This document shows positions 27,208-39,749 of a DNA stretch of 64,000 nucleotides, in pieces. The DNA comes from Rhizodiscina lignyota (taxonomy: Eukaryota): positions 1,116,001 to 1,180,000 of the forward strand of contig ML978126.1 in the NCBI GenBank assembly GCA_010015805.1. Direction: 5' to 3'. Numbering within the stretch: position 1 is the first letter of the stretch; every line of letters starts with the position of its first letter. The notes beneath the pieces were generated by a model, which saw nothing but the letters and a program-made list of their open reading frames with translations, searched no databases and was not told the DNA's origin. The position numbers were made by a program, and so were the translations under genes.

Positions 27208-27524
27208 GATGTTGCTGAGGAATGGATTTGGAATTCTGAAGGTTGAAGGGGCCATAATGATAAGGCTCACTGATGTGGGATAGGGATAATGTTTTACATC
27301 CAGACATGGCTGTTTGATCAATTTCCTCGTTAGATACCCTCTTTTACTTGTTTAAGTGGCAACTTGAGTGTCGCCATTATGGTTTGGAAAGCAATACTAA
27401 AGCCATTCCTTCTGCGATGCTCAAGTGGATTTGCTGCATACTATGACGCTATGACACTGTTTCGAGGTGTGATATATCCTTAACATTCTCCATGTCGTTG
27501 AATACTTGGGATCTATTCTACAGT

Positions 27525-29459
27525 TCATGCACTAACAGTCAAGCCCTTCATACTGCCCTCGTTCTCCCATTCCTTCAATGCCGCAATGTACCCATTGATG
27601 CCCCTTCCCCAAATCTGGCCCCTCATCATCTTCGCCTGCACCTCCGGCCCCAGTGCCAGCATCTTGTCCAGTCCGCCCTCCGCGTTCAGATAGTTCGGCG
27701 TACATCCAGCCATGCCGCTCAAGCCCAACGCGTTTGCGGCAACCTGGTCGCCCCACTCGTCTTGAGCCTTCTGCTCCGGCTCAATCACCACGTCTCCCGA
27801 ATTAGCTTTGCGTTGCGCGTTCATGATCATATACACTATGTGGTTGGAGTAGGTGTCCATGTTGTGGATTTGATTTGCGGTCAAGGAAGCCTGCGCGACG
27901 CCGGTGAAGAACAGGTTCGGGAAGTCTTTGCGAGTAAGGCCGTGCAGAGTGCTAACTTCGCGCTGGAATTCGGCGTCCATGTCCAACCCGTCTTTACCAA
28001 TAACGGTAACGTTGTACCTGCCTGCAGGGCTCACGCCCAGGCCGCCAGGAGCCTTGTATCCTGTGCTGAGGATTAAGAGATCGAGCTCGTACTCTTTTCC
28101 GCCTACCACTACGCCTTTTTCGGTGAAGCGATCTACGCCAAGACCATCTGTGTCGACGAGTTCGACGTTCGGCTGGTTGAAAGCGGGCAAAAAGTCGTCG
28201 TGGAAGCAAGGTCGCTTGCACCATGTCGGGTACCAATGCTTCAGTTTCTCGGCCGTGTCCTTATCTTTGACTGTGTCCGCTACACGCTTGCGGATACGCT
28301 CGGCACGTGGAATGTCGTTGATGTGCAAGGTTTGAATGTACTGTGGCAACTCTTCTGGTGTGAGTGGCCGATCATAACCCCATGCTGTGCAATATGATGG
28401 GTTGTTGATAACCCAGTAGTCGTTGACCATATTGACTTCCGGAGCGGGCAGTTTCTGGTGCAGCAGATTGGAGAAATTGGTATTACGATCCATCCACCAG
28501 CCTTTCTTGCTAGTAACCTTCTTCCACTCCTCTGGGTCGGTCTCGCGCTGGTTTCGTATATCCACCGACGACGGAGTTCGTTGAATAACGTAAAGCTTCT
28601 TTGCCCATTTTGCGAGCTCCGGAACGGCCTGCACAGCAGTCGCTCCAGTCCCGATAATACCCACTCTCTTGTCCTGCAGGTTAGTCAACTCCGCCTTAGC
28701 ATCCTGGGAATTGCCTCCAGTGTACTTGTAGTCCCAGCGTGAGGTATGGAAGATATGACCCTGGAATTTATCGATGCCGTCAACGACAGGTATCTTGGGA
28801 TGTGTAAGCTGTCCAGCGGCCAGCATTACGTATTTAGCATGTAATTTGAGATCCAAGTCCCTCTTGTCGCCCTGAAACTGTGTTGTGCAGATCCACTCTT
28901 TCTTGTCTGCATCCCACTGCAGATGCTTTGCTTGCTGTCTGAAAATGGTCCTCGGTCGCAGATTCCACTTTTCCGCAATTCTCTCCGCATGGCCTCTTAG
29001 CTCAGGGCCGTAGCAGTATTTGTACTTTGGCATATAGCCTGTCTCTTCGAGCAATGGCATGTAGCAGTAGCTCTCGACATCGCACATAAGGCCAGGGTAC
29101 CGGTTCCAGTACCAAACCCCTCCATAGCCACCAGAAGGATCGATCATGACGATTTCATCAAGCTTCGCTCCAGCTTCAAGCAAGCGTACGACAAAGAGGA
29201 GGCCGCTGTAGCCAGCCCCGCAAACGAGGTACTTGATCTGCTTGGTGACATCAATCGTCGAAGGAATTGAGGTGTGCTCATCCGGTCCGATCCAAGGGTC
29301 TTCCTGGAGATGCTTGAACTTCTCCGACCTTGTCAAGTCGATGAATTGATCCTCGCCTTGCGGGCGCTCCTTCAATCGCTTGTCACGCTCGGCATTGTAC
29401 TTGGCCTCAATCTCGGCGGCCGCAGCACTGAACATTGAGTCGACTCCAATTTGCGCCAT
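27525..29459 (-). CDS. Type I Baeyer-Villiger monooxygenase
   Basis: GAGYSG, GGVWYWNRYPG..CD, BVMO fingerprint FQGHIFHTSRWD, GTGATAVQ and CKRPCFHDD; intronless. Confidence 0.93.
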   Translation of the reverse strand: MAQIGVDSMFSAAAAEIEAKYNAERDKRLKERPQGEDQFIDLTRSEKFKHLQEDPWIGPDEHTSIPSTIDVTKQIKYLVCGAGYSGLLFVVRLLEAGAKLDEIVMIDPSGGYGGVWYWNRYPGLMCDVESYCYMPLLEETGYMPKYKYCYGPELRGHAERIAEKWNLRPRTIFRQQAKHLQWDADKKEWICTTQFQGDKRDLDLKLHAKYVMLAAGQLTHPKIPVVDGIDKFQGHIFHTSRWDYKYTGGNSQDAKAELTNLQDKRVGIIGTGATAVQAVPELAKWAKKLYVIQRTPSSVDIRNQRETDPEEWKKVTSKKGWWMDRNTNFSNLLHQKLPAPEVNMVNDYWVINNPSYCTAWGYDRPLTPEELPQYIQTLHINDIPRAERIRKRVADTVKDKDTAEKLKHWYPTWCKRPCFHDDFLPAFNQPNVELVDTDGLGVDRFTEKGVVVGGKEYELDLLILSTGYKAPGGLGVSPAGRYNVTVIGKDGLDMDAEFQREVSTLHGLTRKDFPNLFFTGVAQASLTANQIHNMDTYSNHIVYMIMNAQRKANSGDVVIEPEQKAQDEWGDQVAANALGLSGMAGCTPNYLNAEGGLDKMLALGPEVQAKMMRGQIWGRGINGYIAALKEWENEGSMKGLTVSA

Positions 29460-30202
29460 GGTAATGGATCTCTGACAGACTTGACGAAAAGGAAACCGGA
29501 ACACACTCAAGAAAAGATCTGGAGGGGAGCACGCGTGTGAACCGAGGACAGAGACGGGTCTTTATAGCTGACGCGCTCTTTCGAGTAAGAAATAAGGAAA
29601 GCTGAAGACCCCGCGTCTTACAGCTCAGGCAACCCAAGAACCTTGGCAAAATGGCACTCGAAATGGCCTCGGAAGCTTTCCGGAACGATTTCAAAAACTT
29701 AGATACCCTCCATACCCGTCACGCATTGACGAGCAGACGTCTTATAATTTCCCCACGTTGCTATCTTGGGAGCTGCTGACCCGATTTGCGGGGGTGCTTG
29801 CGGACGCAACTTCCGCTGCGCGGCCACAACTTGTGCATCGTGCGAGAAGCTGAAGTCTGGGGTCGATGTGCTTTTGATATCTGATATGTTAGTAATTTCT
29901 GACTTCTCAAATGCCGGTTATATAAGGATTGCGATGATGTCTGACCCAGCTATGACCGAGTCTGGTAGCCGTGCCAAGAAGGTAAGAACCTAAACTGACT
30001 ACTCCGTACGGAGACACGTAACCCATCATTCCTCAGCCTTTCTAAGAGCGGAAACAATGCGGGCCTCCCCACTTTCTCATCCTCACTTGTCAGGAGAGAG
30101 TAGCAATGACAATACCATTTAGACCGTATCGTAGACCGCTTACTATAGGGACTTGGTCTCATTAGGAAATCGTTCCGTTTAAACGGTTCACAACGACCCA
30201 GG

Positions 30203-31923
30203 CTACCTCTCCTTCAGCCCTTCAACCTGAATCGCCCGAGTAGTTTCGTCAAAATAGCATTTCGATTCCTTCCAAGTGTACTTCTCTTTCATGAATTCCG
30301 CATCTCCACCACTTCAGGATGCTTTCTGCGGAAATCCTCCGCACATTTTAGAACATCGCCACCATCAAGCAAAGCAGCGGCACCGAGCAGACCAACAGGT
30401 TCTTCGCCGCTTAGGATCGAACGTGACCTCTCGGCGTGCCAGATGAGGAAGGAGTGGCAGATCAAGACCAGAGCCAGAATGCCGACCATTGTATACGCCA
30501 CTGGAGTTACAACGAACAGTCGTGTCTCCGCTTTCGAAAATGAGGCTGTCGAAGCCGAGACGGCCGCTGTGGGCTGAAGAAACGTTGTCGCTGCGAGGGA
30601 GGCGTATATCGCCGTGAACACATCCTCGGCTGAATTCTTTATGCTGGTCTGGTCCAATGGAGCCAAGTTGTTTTGCAATGTTGAATAATCATACACAAGA
30701 CGACCGAAGGCATCTCCAACTATCGTGTTCGTGGGATCGAACGCTTGATAATCCGGCAGGGTGTCCTCGAATACCTTGTATGAGAACGGACGGATCATCG
30801 ACGCATTTCTCGCGTCGAATGAGATAAATCGCGGCGACACTCCACGCTGGGTCTGCACTGTTAAGGACCCAGATGTGTTCCAGTATTCTGGAATGCAAGA
30901 AAGGACAGTCAAATTGGCTAGATTGTCAACTGCACTTTTCGAATATTCTCCTGAAATGAGGCCAAATCTGCTATAACGAGCGGATATTGTACACTCTTGG
31001 GTATTCCAGGTGTGCAGGTACAGGTGTGTACTGCTCGCAACTGGCATGGGGAAGGTTGGCACATTGCATCCGCGGTCATTGATGTCGATGGTGACGGATC
31101 CATCGCTAAGGTTCATGCTGTACTGCGAGGAGTCCATGATTTGACAATCCAGGTACGCCGAGTATGCGCTCACATCGACAGTCATGTTTCCATTGCCGGC
31201 TGTATCGTTGGAGAAGGTCCCGAAGCCGTATTCAGTTGTCATCCAAGGAAGCGGTGGTGCTCCGTACACTCGTAAAGCGGTAGCTATACTGATAGCTGGC
31301 TGGAGATCGGTCTGTGCGGTTACTGCTGAGTCGTTGAACTGACTTGAAGGGTGTACCCTGAGTATAGACGACGTTTGAGTCGATGCAGAGACCAGCAGGT
31401 GCGCAGTGAGCGGGACAAGAGCGATGGAGCAGATCAAGCTGAGAAGCATAGCACAGCCGATGAGCCAGTGGTGGTGACGGAATGCAACCCCCCAATTGTA
31501 GAACTTGGGATAACCCCGATAATCCAACATGATCGTGCGCCGAACATTGGTGGCTTCTTCGGAAGGCCTGCGAAGCTCAACGAAGGGTTGTCGGTCTGCA
31601 GTAGCAGAGACTGTCGTGTCCCATGCTAACAAATATAAAGACATGAGGAATGATGGAAGGGTTGTCCACAGCAAACCGTAGCTCCACGCCGACTTTATCG
31701 AGAAGGATGTCAGCGACGTAGCCGAAATGCTCGGTACTGAAACGAGCCCATTTCTCGCAGCAGAGACTCGCTCGAGAGCGATAATTGCGGCGATGATTCC
31801 TACATCAATGAGAAGAACGGGGATTGTGAACCACAGCTGAAGCTTCCAGGGCTTCCAATTCTTGTTGCTGTTCGCCAGAATCGGCTTCTGGCTTGTCGTT
31901 GCGCCAGTTTGCGTGGAGCTCAT
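30203..31923 (-). CDS. DUF3433-type membrane protein; possible 1-bp frameshift near the C-terminus
   Basis: WKPWKL, LLWTTLP, RQPFVELR, TIMLDY, PWMTTEY, RLFVV and EPVGLLGAAALL motifs. The ORF stops at 30289 but a shifted frame continues to 30203. Confidence 0.75.
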
Positions 31924-32701
31924 GTTCAATGTGACTGCTGAAGATGGAGAAGATACTCACGGAGTATCAAATTGACAACAGGACAGCTTCCGCATCACTT
32001 GAGCGCGAATGCGAGCTGAAATGGTATGCCACAGCACAGCATCTCGCCTTTCGCCCGAAGCAGAGCCTCAGTCCAAGAATAGCCCACCATAGATGTTGAG
32101 TCGATGAAACGCGAAGTCTGGAATGGTGGTGCAAACATGGTCCAGGCCTGGACATTCCACACGAGCCCTCTCGATTGCATTGTCAGTGGCCACCTCACCC
32201 ATCCAGATTGCAACGTGACTTCCCGCATTCGCCAAAATTCTCTTAATGCGTCCTATTCCATACGAAGTGTGCGGTAACCATACATTGGAAAGGGTAGGGA
32301 GTACGTGTCCAACCGAGGACCAGACACAGGGGCTTTATTGTGGCTGCCTACCGTGCCAATCAAGACCTGTGGCTGGTAGATCTCGGCCAAGCGATGTCAG
32401 GCGTCACCACGAGGCTGCATATCGCTTAGTCGATTCGCCTACGTCCTACCAATCAAGCAATTCGAGATCTACCAAAGCTTATTTGGGTAGGCCAGGATCA
32501 AGACACCCATTTTCGTCCCTCTCCGCAATGCGGCTCTGCTACGATGCTCCAGGCAAGTCGCTCGTCTGCCCTGGCCGGCAGGAAGACAATGAGGGCCATG
32601 GAGAGGTATATACTGGACTCCTTGGGAAAAGCCGTACATTTCCTAGACTAAGATTTTAGAAACTCAGTCTTGAAACAAAGATTCGTTGACCTCTCTGCAA
32701 G

Positions 32702-33659
32702 ATGATTTCTGCCTCTGCATTTTCTTACACCATATTCATTCATTTCTCTCTCAGCCTCGCCCAAACAGCACTGGATCCCACGAAGTGCGTCAAAGGCAGT
32801 GGAGTCACTGCGCTTCCCCAGTGTGACTACTTGTACGATACAGTCGACAAATTCAACAGTACTGCTCCGGGTTCGGCGTTCGTGAACTGCTTCTGCAACC
32901 AGAAACTCTTCAACTCGGTATTCGAGTAAGACCATTTGACGCCACATCATCAGATCTGGCTTTTCTGACTGCCGAACTGTAGCTGTGAGAGCGAGCAACG
33001 CCTGTGCTTCGGCAACGGCGACCTCGATAATACGGCTGAGCAATTTGTCGACACCTGGCATAGTGCGTGCGATAAAAAGATCACCTTCACGCCCACAACG
33101 CCCTCTGTTTCGTCAATAACCGCCTCATACAATGTGCAATACTGCACGACCATGTTTGCGGCCTGCGCGAGCGCTTCGATCGCGAATCAGGCATGCGAGA
33201 GCTCATTCACGATACCGAGCGAGCGAGTGTCGTGTTTTTGTCAGGCTCCATTACTTGCAAACGAATACACCTGTGCGTATTTGGGCAACGTGTCTTGCAT
33301 CCAGACGGAAGCGGCTCTGTCGAGAATACCGGGATACTCCATCTGTCCAAACTTTGAGTCGGTTGTTGGAGGGTTGGCAAATGTGGGTTGTCGAGCACTC
33401 CAGTTGTATTTTCGAGGACTTGGCTGATATTCGGTAGGCGACTGCTACAACCACCGCAAGTGGAGGATCAAGTAGTTCGATCAAGTCCTCTTCCCAAGTG
33501 AGTGGAAGTAGCATCGCATCGATAACAAAGCCTGCGCTCCCTGGCTCGTCCTCTTCAACAGCCAGTCCTTCGCCCACACAGCAAGGTCAAGCAACATCGT
33601 CCGGAATTTCGCACTATGCCTTCCTCATAGCCTGTGTTGCTGTACTGTTGAAGATCTAG
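32702..33659 (+). CDS. Secreted cysteine-rich, Ser/Thr-stalked, probably GPI-anchored surface protein
   Basis: Signal peptide, two CFC modules, a Ser/Thr-rich stalk and hydrophobic C-terminus HYAFLIACVAVLLKI; introns 32926-32982 and 33383-33437. Confidence 0.8.
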
Positions 33660-33805
33660 CTTGGACAAGATGCGGGATTCGTGCAATGAATATTTCATGA
33701 TGCAAATGCAGGCTTCGATATTGCGTCGTCTCTGGGAGATGGCTTCCCTTTGTGGATTTGAGATGTTGAGCGCCCTATAAGGTGCCAATACGAGCAAATT
33801 CGAAA

Positions 33806-35051
33806 TCATCTCTTCTTCTGCCATTTGACCCACTCTTTCATAGCCTTTCGCGCAGAATTCTTGATATTCCGGGTACTGCCACCTTCACTCCCCAGCCTCT
33901 CCCCACTCGCCGCACCCGCAACGGCATCGATGTCGCTATCCGCACCCGTCCCGGTCTTCCACTGCTCTATCAGTGGTGGCGCTACCACTACACCCTTGAT
34001 CTTCCCATCATTCATTCCGAAGCTGAACTCATTGTCTATTCCTAACCCAAAATCTTTGTATCCCCAATTGTACAGCAGGCGCTCCGCACCCCGACGGCTG
34101 ACCGCATAAGCAGTGGTGCAGATGGTGTCGTGGACACGAGCGATGGCGCGGGTAGAAGAGGTTGTGATGTTGTACGCCTTAAGTTCGGAGACGTGCTTGC
34201 TTTCTAGTTTCTTGAGTGGAAGGATCGAAGGGTCCTCGACAGCAATTACTGGGCCGATCTTGGATTTTTCCTTCGGTGGTGTTGATTTGCATTGGCCGAT
34301 GAAGAAGAGATCCCAGTCGGTGCCTGTCAAGTGCATTAGCCAATGTGACAACGATGAAGTGCGTGATTCCTCGGCTAGTGAACGGGCTACGTACCGTATG
34401 GAGCATCTTTGCGGGTATATGCCGTCTGGTTGTCGAGTAAGCTCGTGTGGCTGAGAACACCTTGACTGATCCTGAAGAGCTGGTCCTTTATATTCACATC
34501 CCAATCTGCGTCATCCTCGACAATTAGTGCAGTCTCAATATCCTCATCCATGACTTTTCTCCAAATGTTGGCGTGCGATCTCCAGCAACCAAAGGCACCC
34601 GGGTTAAGATTGGATGCAATGGTCTTTCCTTTAGGATGTACGCTACCTCCATCGACGCCCTCAATCATGGTGGACTTGATCCCCGTGAAAGATGAGAGAA
34701 GCGAAATGGCATCCTGCCGATCAGTACGGCTGCGATCTGTAAGTCTACATCCGTACTGTTCCGTTTGTATTGCTGGGTAACTCACAACGGCAGAGATATA
34801 TAGAAGATTTCCTGAAAGCCGAGAGTTTGATTCCTAGCGAGCTTCGCTGGTGTTGCAAACTTGGCGTAAGCATCGGTACCAGGTAGTCTCTGAAGAGCGC
34901 TATGGATTCGGTCCGGATTTTGTATATGAATGAATGACCCTGTTATGAGGAAGAAGAGAACGATCGCAATAATGGTAAGGTATTTCGGCTTAAGGGCTGC
35001 TAGCCGGCTACTAGCGCTCGGTATTGCAAAGTATCTCGTCGGAAGAAGCAT
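33806..35051 (-). CDS. Glycosyltransferase family 25, type II membrane protein
   Basis: N-terminal TM, NQTLGFQEIFYISLP/RTDRQD, GCWRSH, ALIVEDDADWD, WDLFFIGQC and CTTAYAVSRRGAERLL; two introns. Confidence 0.9.
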
Positions 35052-35542
35052 TGGACAAATCTTTCGATCTCGGCTTCAAGCCAAGAGCTTCTCTTTCCAA
35101 AATTGGAACGTTCAGGAAAGAGGGCTAAGCCTCGAAAATCATGACGTTGAGATGAGTCTGTAGAACAAAATCATGAAGAAGAGAAGAACAAGGAGAAGGA
35201 GGAGAAGAACTGAAGATTCTCCGGGCCACGGAGATACAAATTAGGAACGGCTAACGACAGCTATACGAGATTAGAATATTTGGGTAAGGGGTGGCACGCC
35301 ACGCTCGGATTAGGTATTTAAGGGTCATGTTGGTGCTAATCAGCTAGTATGATCTTGCCAGGATTAAAAGGCGCGAGCTGAGCTGACAGGGCGCGTTGGG
35401 TCTTTTACTCAGAACAAGAGGACGTGAGAAAGAACTAGCCTGCCAAAGGGGAGTCCTCTTTGCTTGTCGCAATTCGCGATGTCCACGGGAAGATCGAAAC
35501 CCGTCAAGCGTATTGAATAGCTCCGTATGAGGCAAACTACCT

Positions 35543-36070
35543 CTAGACCTTTGTCATCGCTCGCGAATCGGGTGTGAAAGACGATATAATCTTAATACAG
35601 CTGTGAAAGGATTCGCGGTTTGAGTTATGCTTATAACTTAGCCAATGCTCTAAAATCTCACCCTGGCCAAAATGGAAGCCAATAGGCAGACGCGGGATGG
35701 GAGCATGGTGCAGGTACCAGGTGCGGAAGAGAGGCGGAGGCACATACATGATACCGCCTAAGCCCCTTTCTTGTGGCCCTCTGTTGGGCACATGGTAGTG
35801 GAAGTCGAAGCGACAACTCTGCGTGGGACGAAATGCAACGTGTTTCGACTTCGGAACTGGCGCGCCTGTCGGGTAAAGTTCGGTTTCATTAGCCGCTTTC
35901 ACCCGCTCTGTCATAGGCACTTGGTGGGAAATACCCCCACGTGGGCCAACGTCAGCGTCCCTGGCGTATGAAATCTCCTCCACTCCTCCTCCTGTAGTAA
36001 TAACTTCAAAGAGCACTCCAGCGTTCTCGAATCTGAGGTTCAGATTCTCTGTGTGTTGTAGTCTGGGCAT
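35543..36070 (-). other. Unassigned 175-aa ORF, possibly a gene relic
   Basis: ATG-initiated ORF just downstream of the aconitase-family gene; no recognisable motif. Confidence 0.25.
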
Positions 36071-36293
36071 GGGTTACTGTAGTCGAGTCTATCAGCTCGA
36101 GAAGCAACCCACCGAACTCGATCTAATCAAGGAATATCACGAGCGGACGAGTGTGACGTTCTCAATCACACATAGTGTCCAAGTGAAGGTCGGATTCATC
36201 GTACGCTCTAACGCTGGTCCCAGAACGCCCGCTAAAACTAGTGAATAGTTGCTGGCGAAGAAGGAGACTCATCTGATATATTACTTATCTTCC

Positions 36294-39120
36294 TTACCAT
36301 TTAAGGCCACTGTCCTCCTGCTTGTCCTCAGAACTTGGGATCTTACCAGTTGTAATCATCTCCATGTACCCCTTTCCCCACAACCGAAAGGCCTCACTAA
36401 CCCCTCCGCACTGTATCAACTTCTTCTCCAACTCACTGAGCTGAAACGGAAACGTCTTTCCACCGCACTTGATCTCTCCCTTCTGTATATCAAGTTCTAT
36501 GTCAACACCCTCTTCTGCAGTCCGGTAGAATTCATCGTCATTTATGATGACTCCAAGCAGGCCAAAGTTCGGCTGGTTTCGCCCGTAGATGAAGGAATAG
36601 CTCTTCGCGATAACAGCTTTGACTCCACAACCCTGCAGTGCTGTAACAGCAGATTCGCGAGAACTCCCGCATCCAAATGCTTTGCCGGCGACCACGACGT
36701 TCATACCAGAGGCGACTTTCGAGCGGAACTCGGGATACACGTATGACATACACCATGTGCCCTGTTCCTTGAACGACATACGTGCGTTCACTAACGCTTG
36801 CGCCGGAATGATTGCATCGGTATCGACGAAGTCGCCCAAGGTGATGACTTTTCCCTTGACAACGTTGTTTTCAGAGGAGCTCGTATCAGCTGTTACAGAC
36901 GTCGGTAATGTTGCCTGGAATTTTTCGCCTCTCTCACTTCCTGGCTCCTTTGCCGCTGTTCCAGGTTCAACATACTTTACTTCCGTCGCCCCTGAGGGTT
37001 TCCTTCCAAGGATGGACTCAAGTCGTGCAATATCAACTTCATCTAGTAGCGGCTTCGGGTCTGTGATCTCCATACCAAAGCTGCTCGCTGCAACGGTGAC
37101 AGCAGATGCGATGCTACCAATTGCACCTCTCCCCATTCTATTCTTAAAGTTCCTATTCTGGCTGCTCAACCACACTTCTCCCTCTTGCCCAACATCAGCA
37201 CTGATTCCAACGCAATAGCTGCAACCTGGAACGCCCACTGTGAAACCGGCATCCTCATAAATTTGAGCGAGTCCACGGTCCTTGAGTTCCTTTAGAATAG
37301 GCCGAGAGCCAGGTGTCACCCTTCTTTTTCCCCGGCTTACTGGCTTCAGCCCTTTCTTCAAGCCCACTTCAAGGACCATGGCTGCAAGAATAAGGTCTTC
37401 ACGCGCAGTGGTACAAGCGCCGATAAAGCATCCATCTAGCTTCTTCCCGGCAATCTCACGGGCCGGCACAACGTCATCGGGTGAGGGATATCGTGCGATA
37501 AACGATTCGACCTGCGAGAGATCGATAGTATGACTCGATGCGTAGACGGCATCTGAGTCTGGCTTGTAATACGTCGCGTACTTCTTGTATTTCGGGTTCT
37601 TGCGTTTGTTGATGAATTCTTGCGTGATCTCGTCAGGAGCAAAGATGCCTGTGACTCCACCAAACTCCTGCAGCGATATGAGTAGGAGATATATGACCGA
37701 TCAAGAGTCATTACATACGGTTGTCATATTCGCAATAGCGAACCTCGCATCACAACTCAAATGCTTCAAGCCAGGCCCGGTATACTCCACCACCTTGTCC
37801 GCGGCGACAGTGTTCCGCTTCAGCTGCTGCAAGACGTACAAGATGACATCCTTGCCACTTAGTCCCGGCTTCGGTTCGCCCACGAAACGAATTTCCGCCG
37901 TCTCCGGAACCTTGAACCAGGTCTGGCCGAGCACCAGCGGCATTGTAACATCCGCTGCACCCATGCCCACTGCAAGACAAGATACAGATCCGGCGGAGCA
38001 CGTATGTGAGTCGGAGCCGATGACGATCATGCCAGGTTGAGAGCGCTCGCGCATGAATTCCGTATGCCTAAGCGCATCGTACACGTTAGCGGACATCCAA
38101 ACCACCGAAGACTGCACAATCTCAGTTATCATTAGGGGAGTTATGTAGCACATGATTTGGGAACTGGAGAAAATGGACACCGTGATCAAAGGTGGCTCCA
38201 TTTATGATGGGTATGTTGAACGTTAACATACATGATAGTATACTGAACTGAATGTTAGATGCGAGCTCTATGCATTCTGAGGGGGTAAGTTGTTGGGGCA
38301 GGAAAACTCACGTTGTTCCCTTGATGCTCCGTCATCTTGAAAACTTGCCGCGCTCGTTCGCTAGCTTCGATGAGCGGCTTTACCTTCGGGGTGTCCATTA
38401 TTCGGGGTTCGACGACGTGGTCACCTGCGATCCAGAGTCTGTCGTTGCGCCAGATGCCAGGCTTGCCCAGCTCCTCATACGTTACCTCCATACCCTACGG
38501 ACAGACGCGTTAGCAGTTGTCTTTGACATGCAGGCGATGAGAATGTCGGTAGCCGAGGAAACTCACTCCCCAAGATATATCAGATGCAATCACCCAATCC
38601 ACATCGACACGAATCACATCGCCTGGCTTAACTTCTCCCTTTCTCTCGACGTCGTGGGCCGCAAAGATTTTTTCAGTTACGGTCATGCCCCGGCGGCCAG
38701 GGGGACGTGAGTCCAGTGGTGGGACAGCTGTCTCGTAGCGATCCTGGGAGTTGAGTGCCTCAAGGTAGGCGGAAACTAAGAACAAGACTTCGCTTTCATC
38801 CTTGCCAGTCAGCGACTGGTCCGCTGTAAGGCCAAGTCCACCGAAATCTGTCGACGTTGTGCTATGAACGATGGCATCTCGAAGGGCTTCAGCTTCACGC
38901 GTAAACTTCTTGGATTCAAGGGCTGAGGAGACGGAGTCCAGATATTTGAGGATACCAGTAGATGCGTCTACGTATGCATTAGTTCAAGTCTATAATGTTA
39001 AGTGGGGGTATTCGACACGTCCTTACCAATTGCGGCAGTTTCACTCCCTATATCAATTTTCCGCAGTTCTTGGAGTTGCTGCAGTACCTGCTCTGACCCT
39101 GAAAGTGTTCTTCCGGGCAT
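36294..39120 (-). CDS. Aconitase-superfamily [4Fe-4S] hydratase/isomerase (LeuC+LeuD fused in one chain)
   Basis: [19 protein letters not shown], cluster ligands GACTT and [17 protein letters not shown], swivel-domain VDTDAIIP and FGCGSSRE; several introns and an 11-nt exon at 38232-38242. Confidence 0.93.
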
Positions 39121-39749
39121 GATGTCTGAATATTGTTCCGGCCAATCAGACACTATTGATTTGATATGCGAGTGATTGTAGCCCGAAGCAAAAGCTAGTC
39201 GGTATACGTCTTATGTATCTGCTGTTTTCTTAGCTAAACATAGAAGGTTCTCAATCTCGGCGGTTTCGTCCAAGTCAGGAAGCTTGCGAAGCCGGAGCCC
39301 ATGAGAACAAGAGGTTCCTCCACTGGCAACATGGTCATCTCATCCGAAAAGCGGAGGTGGTCATCCCGCAAATGGCTGTGAGTTGGAGCTTTCCCCAGGT
39401 TAATGTGCGTGGTCCAATCCCCACGATCGGCGCCCCCGAGAATTCGGGATTTCCTTTCCGTGGTAAATCGCCGGCAACGTCTACCGATTTCTCCACATTG
39501 TTGATTGATACATATTTCAACCATCGCGAATTTACATTGGCCGGACCTGGATTTTTATTGTCCAAAAAGATCCGGAGTTCTACTGTGAGCTGAGTCATTC
39601 GATCCTGAACACCCAATCAGAATAACAATCCATCTGTCAAGCGATCTTGGAGCGACCCTAGATCCACTTGAAGTTACCGTAGAGGATCATCCCTTTTTAT
39701 TCATTCCTTGTTACTTCTTTCCCTTAATTTCGGTCGGGAGATATTCATA

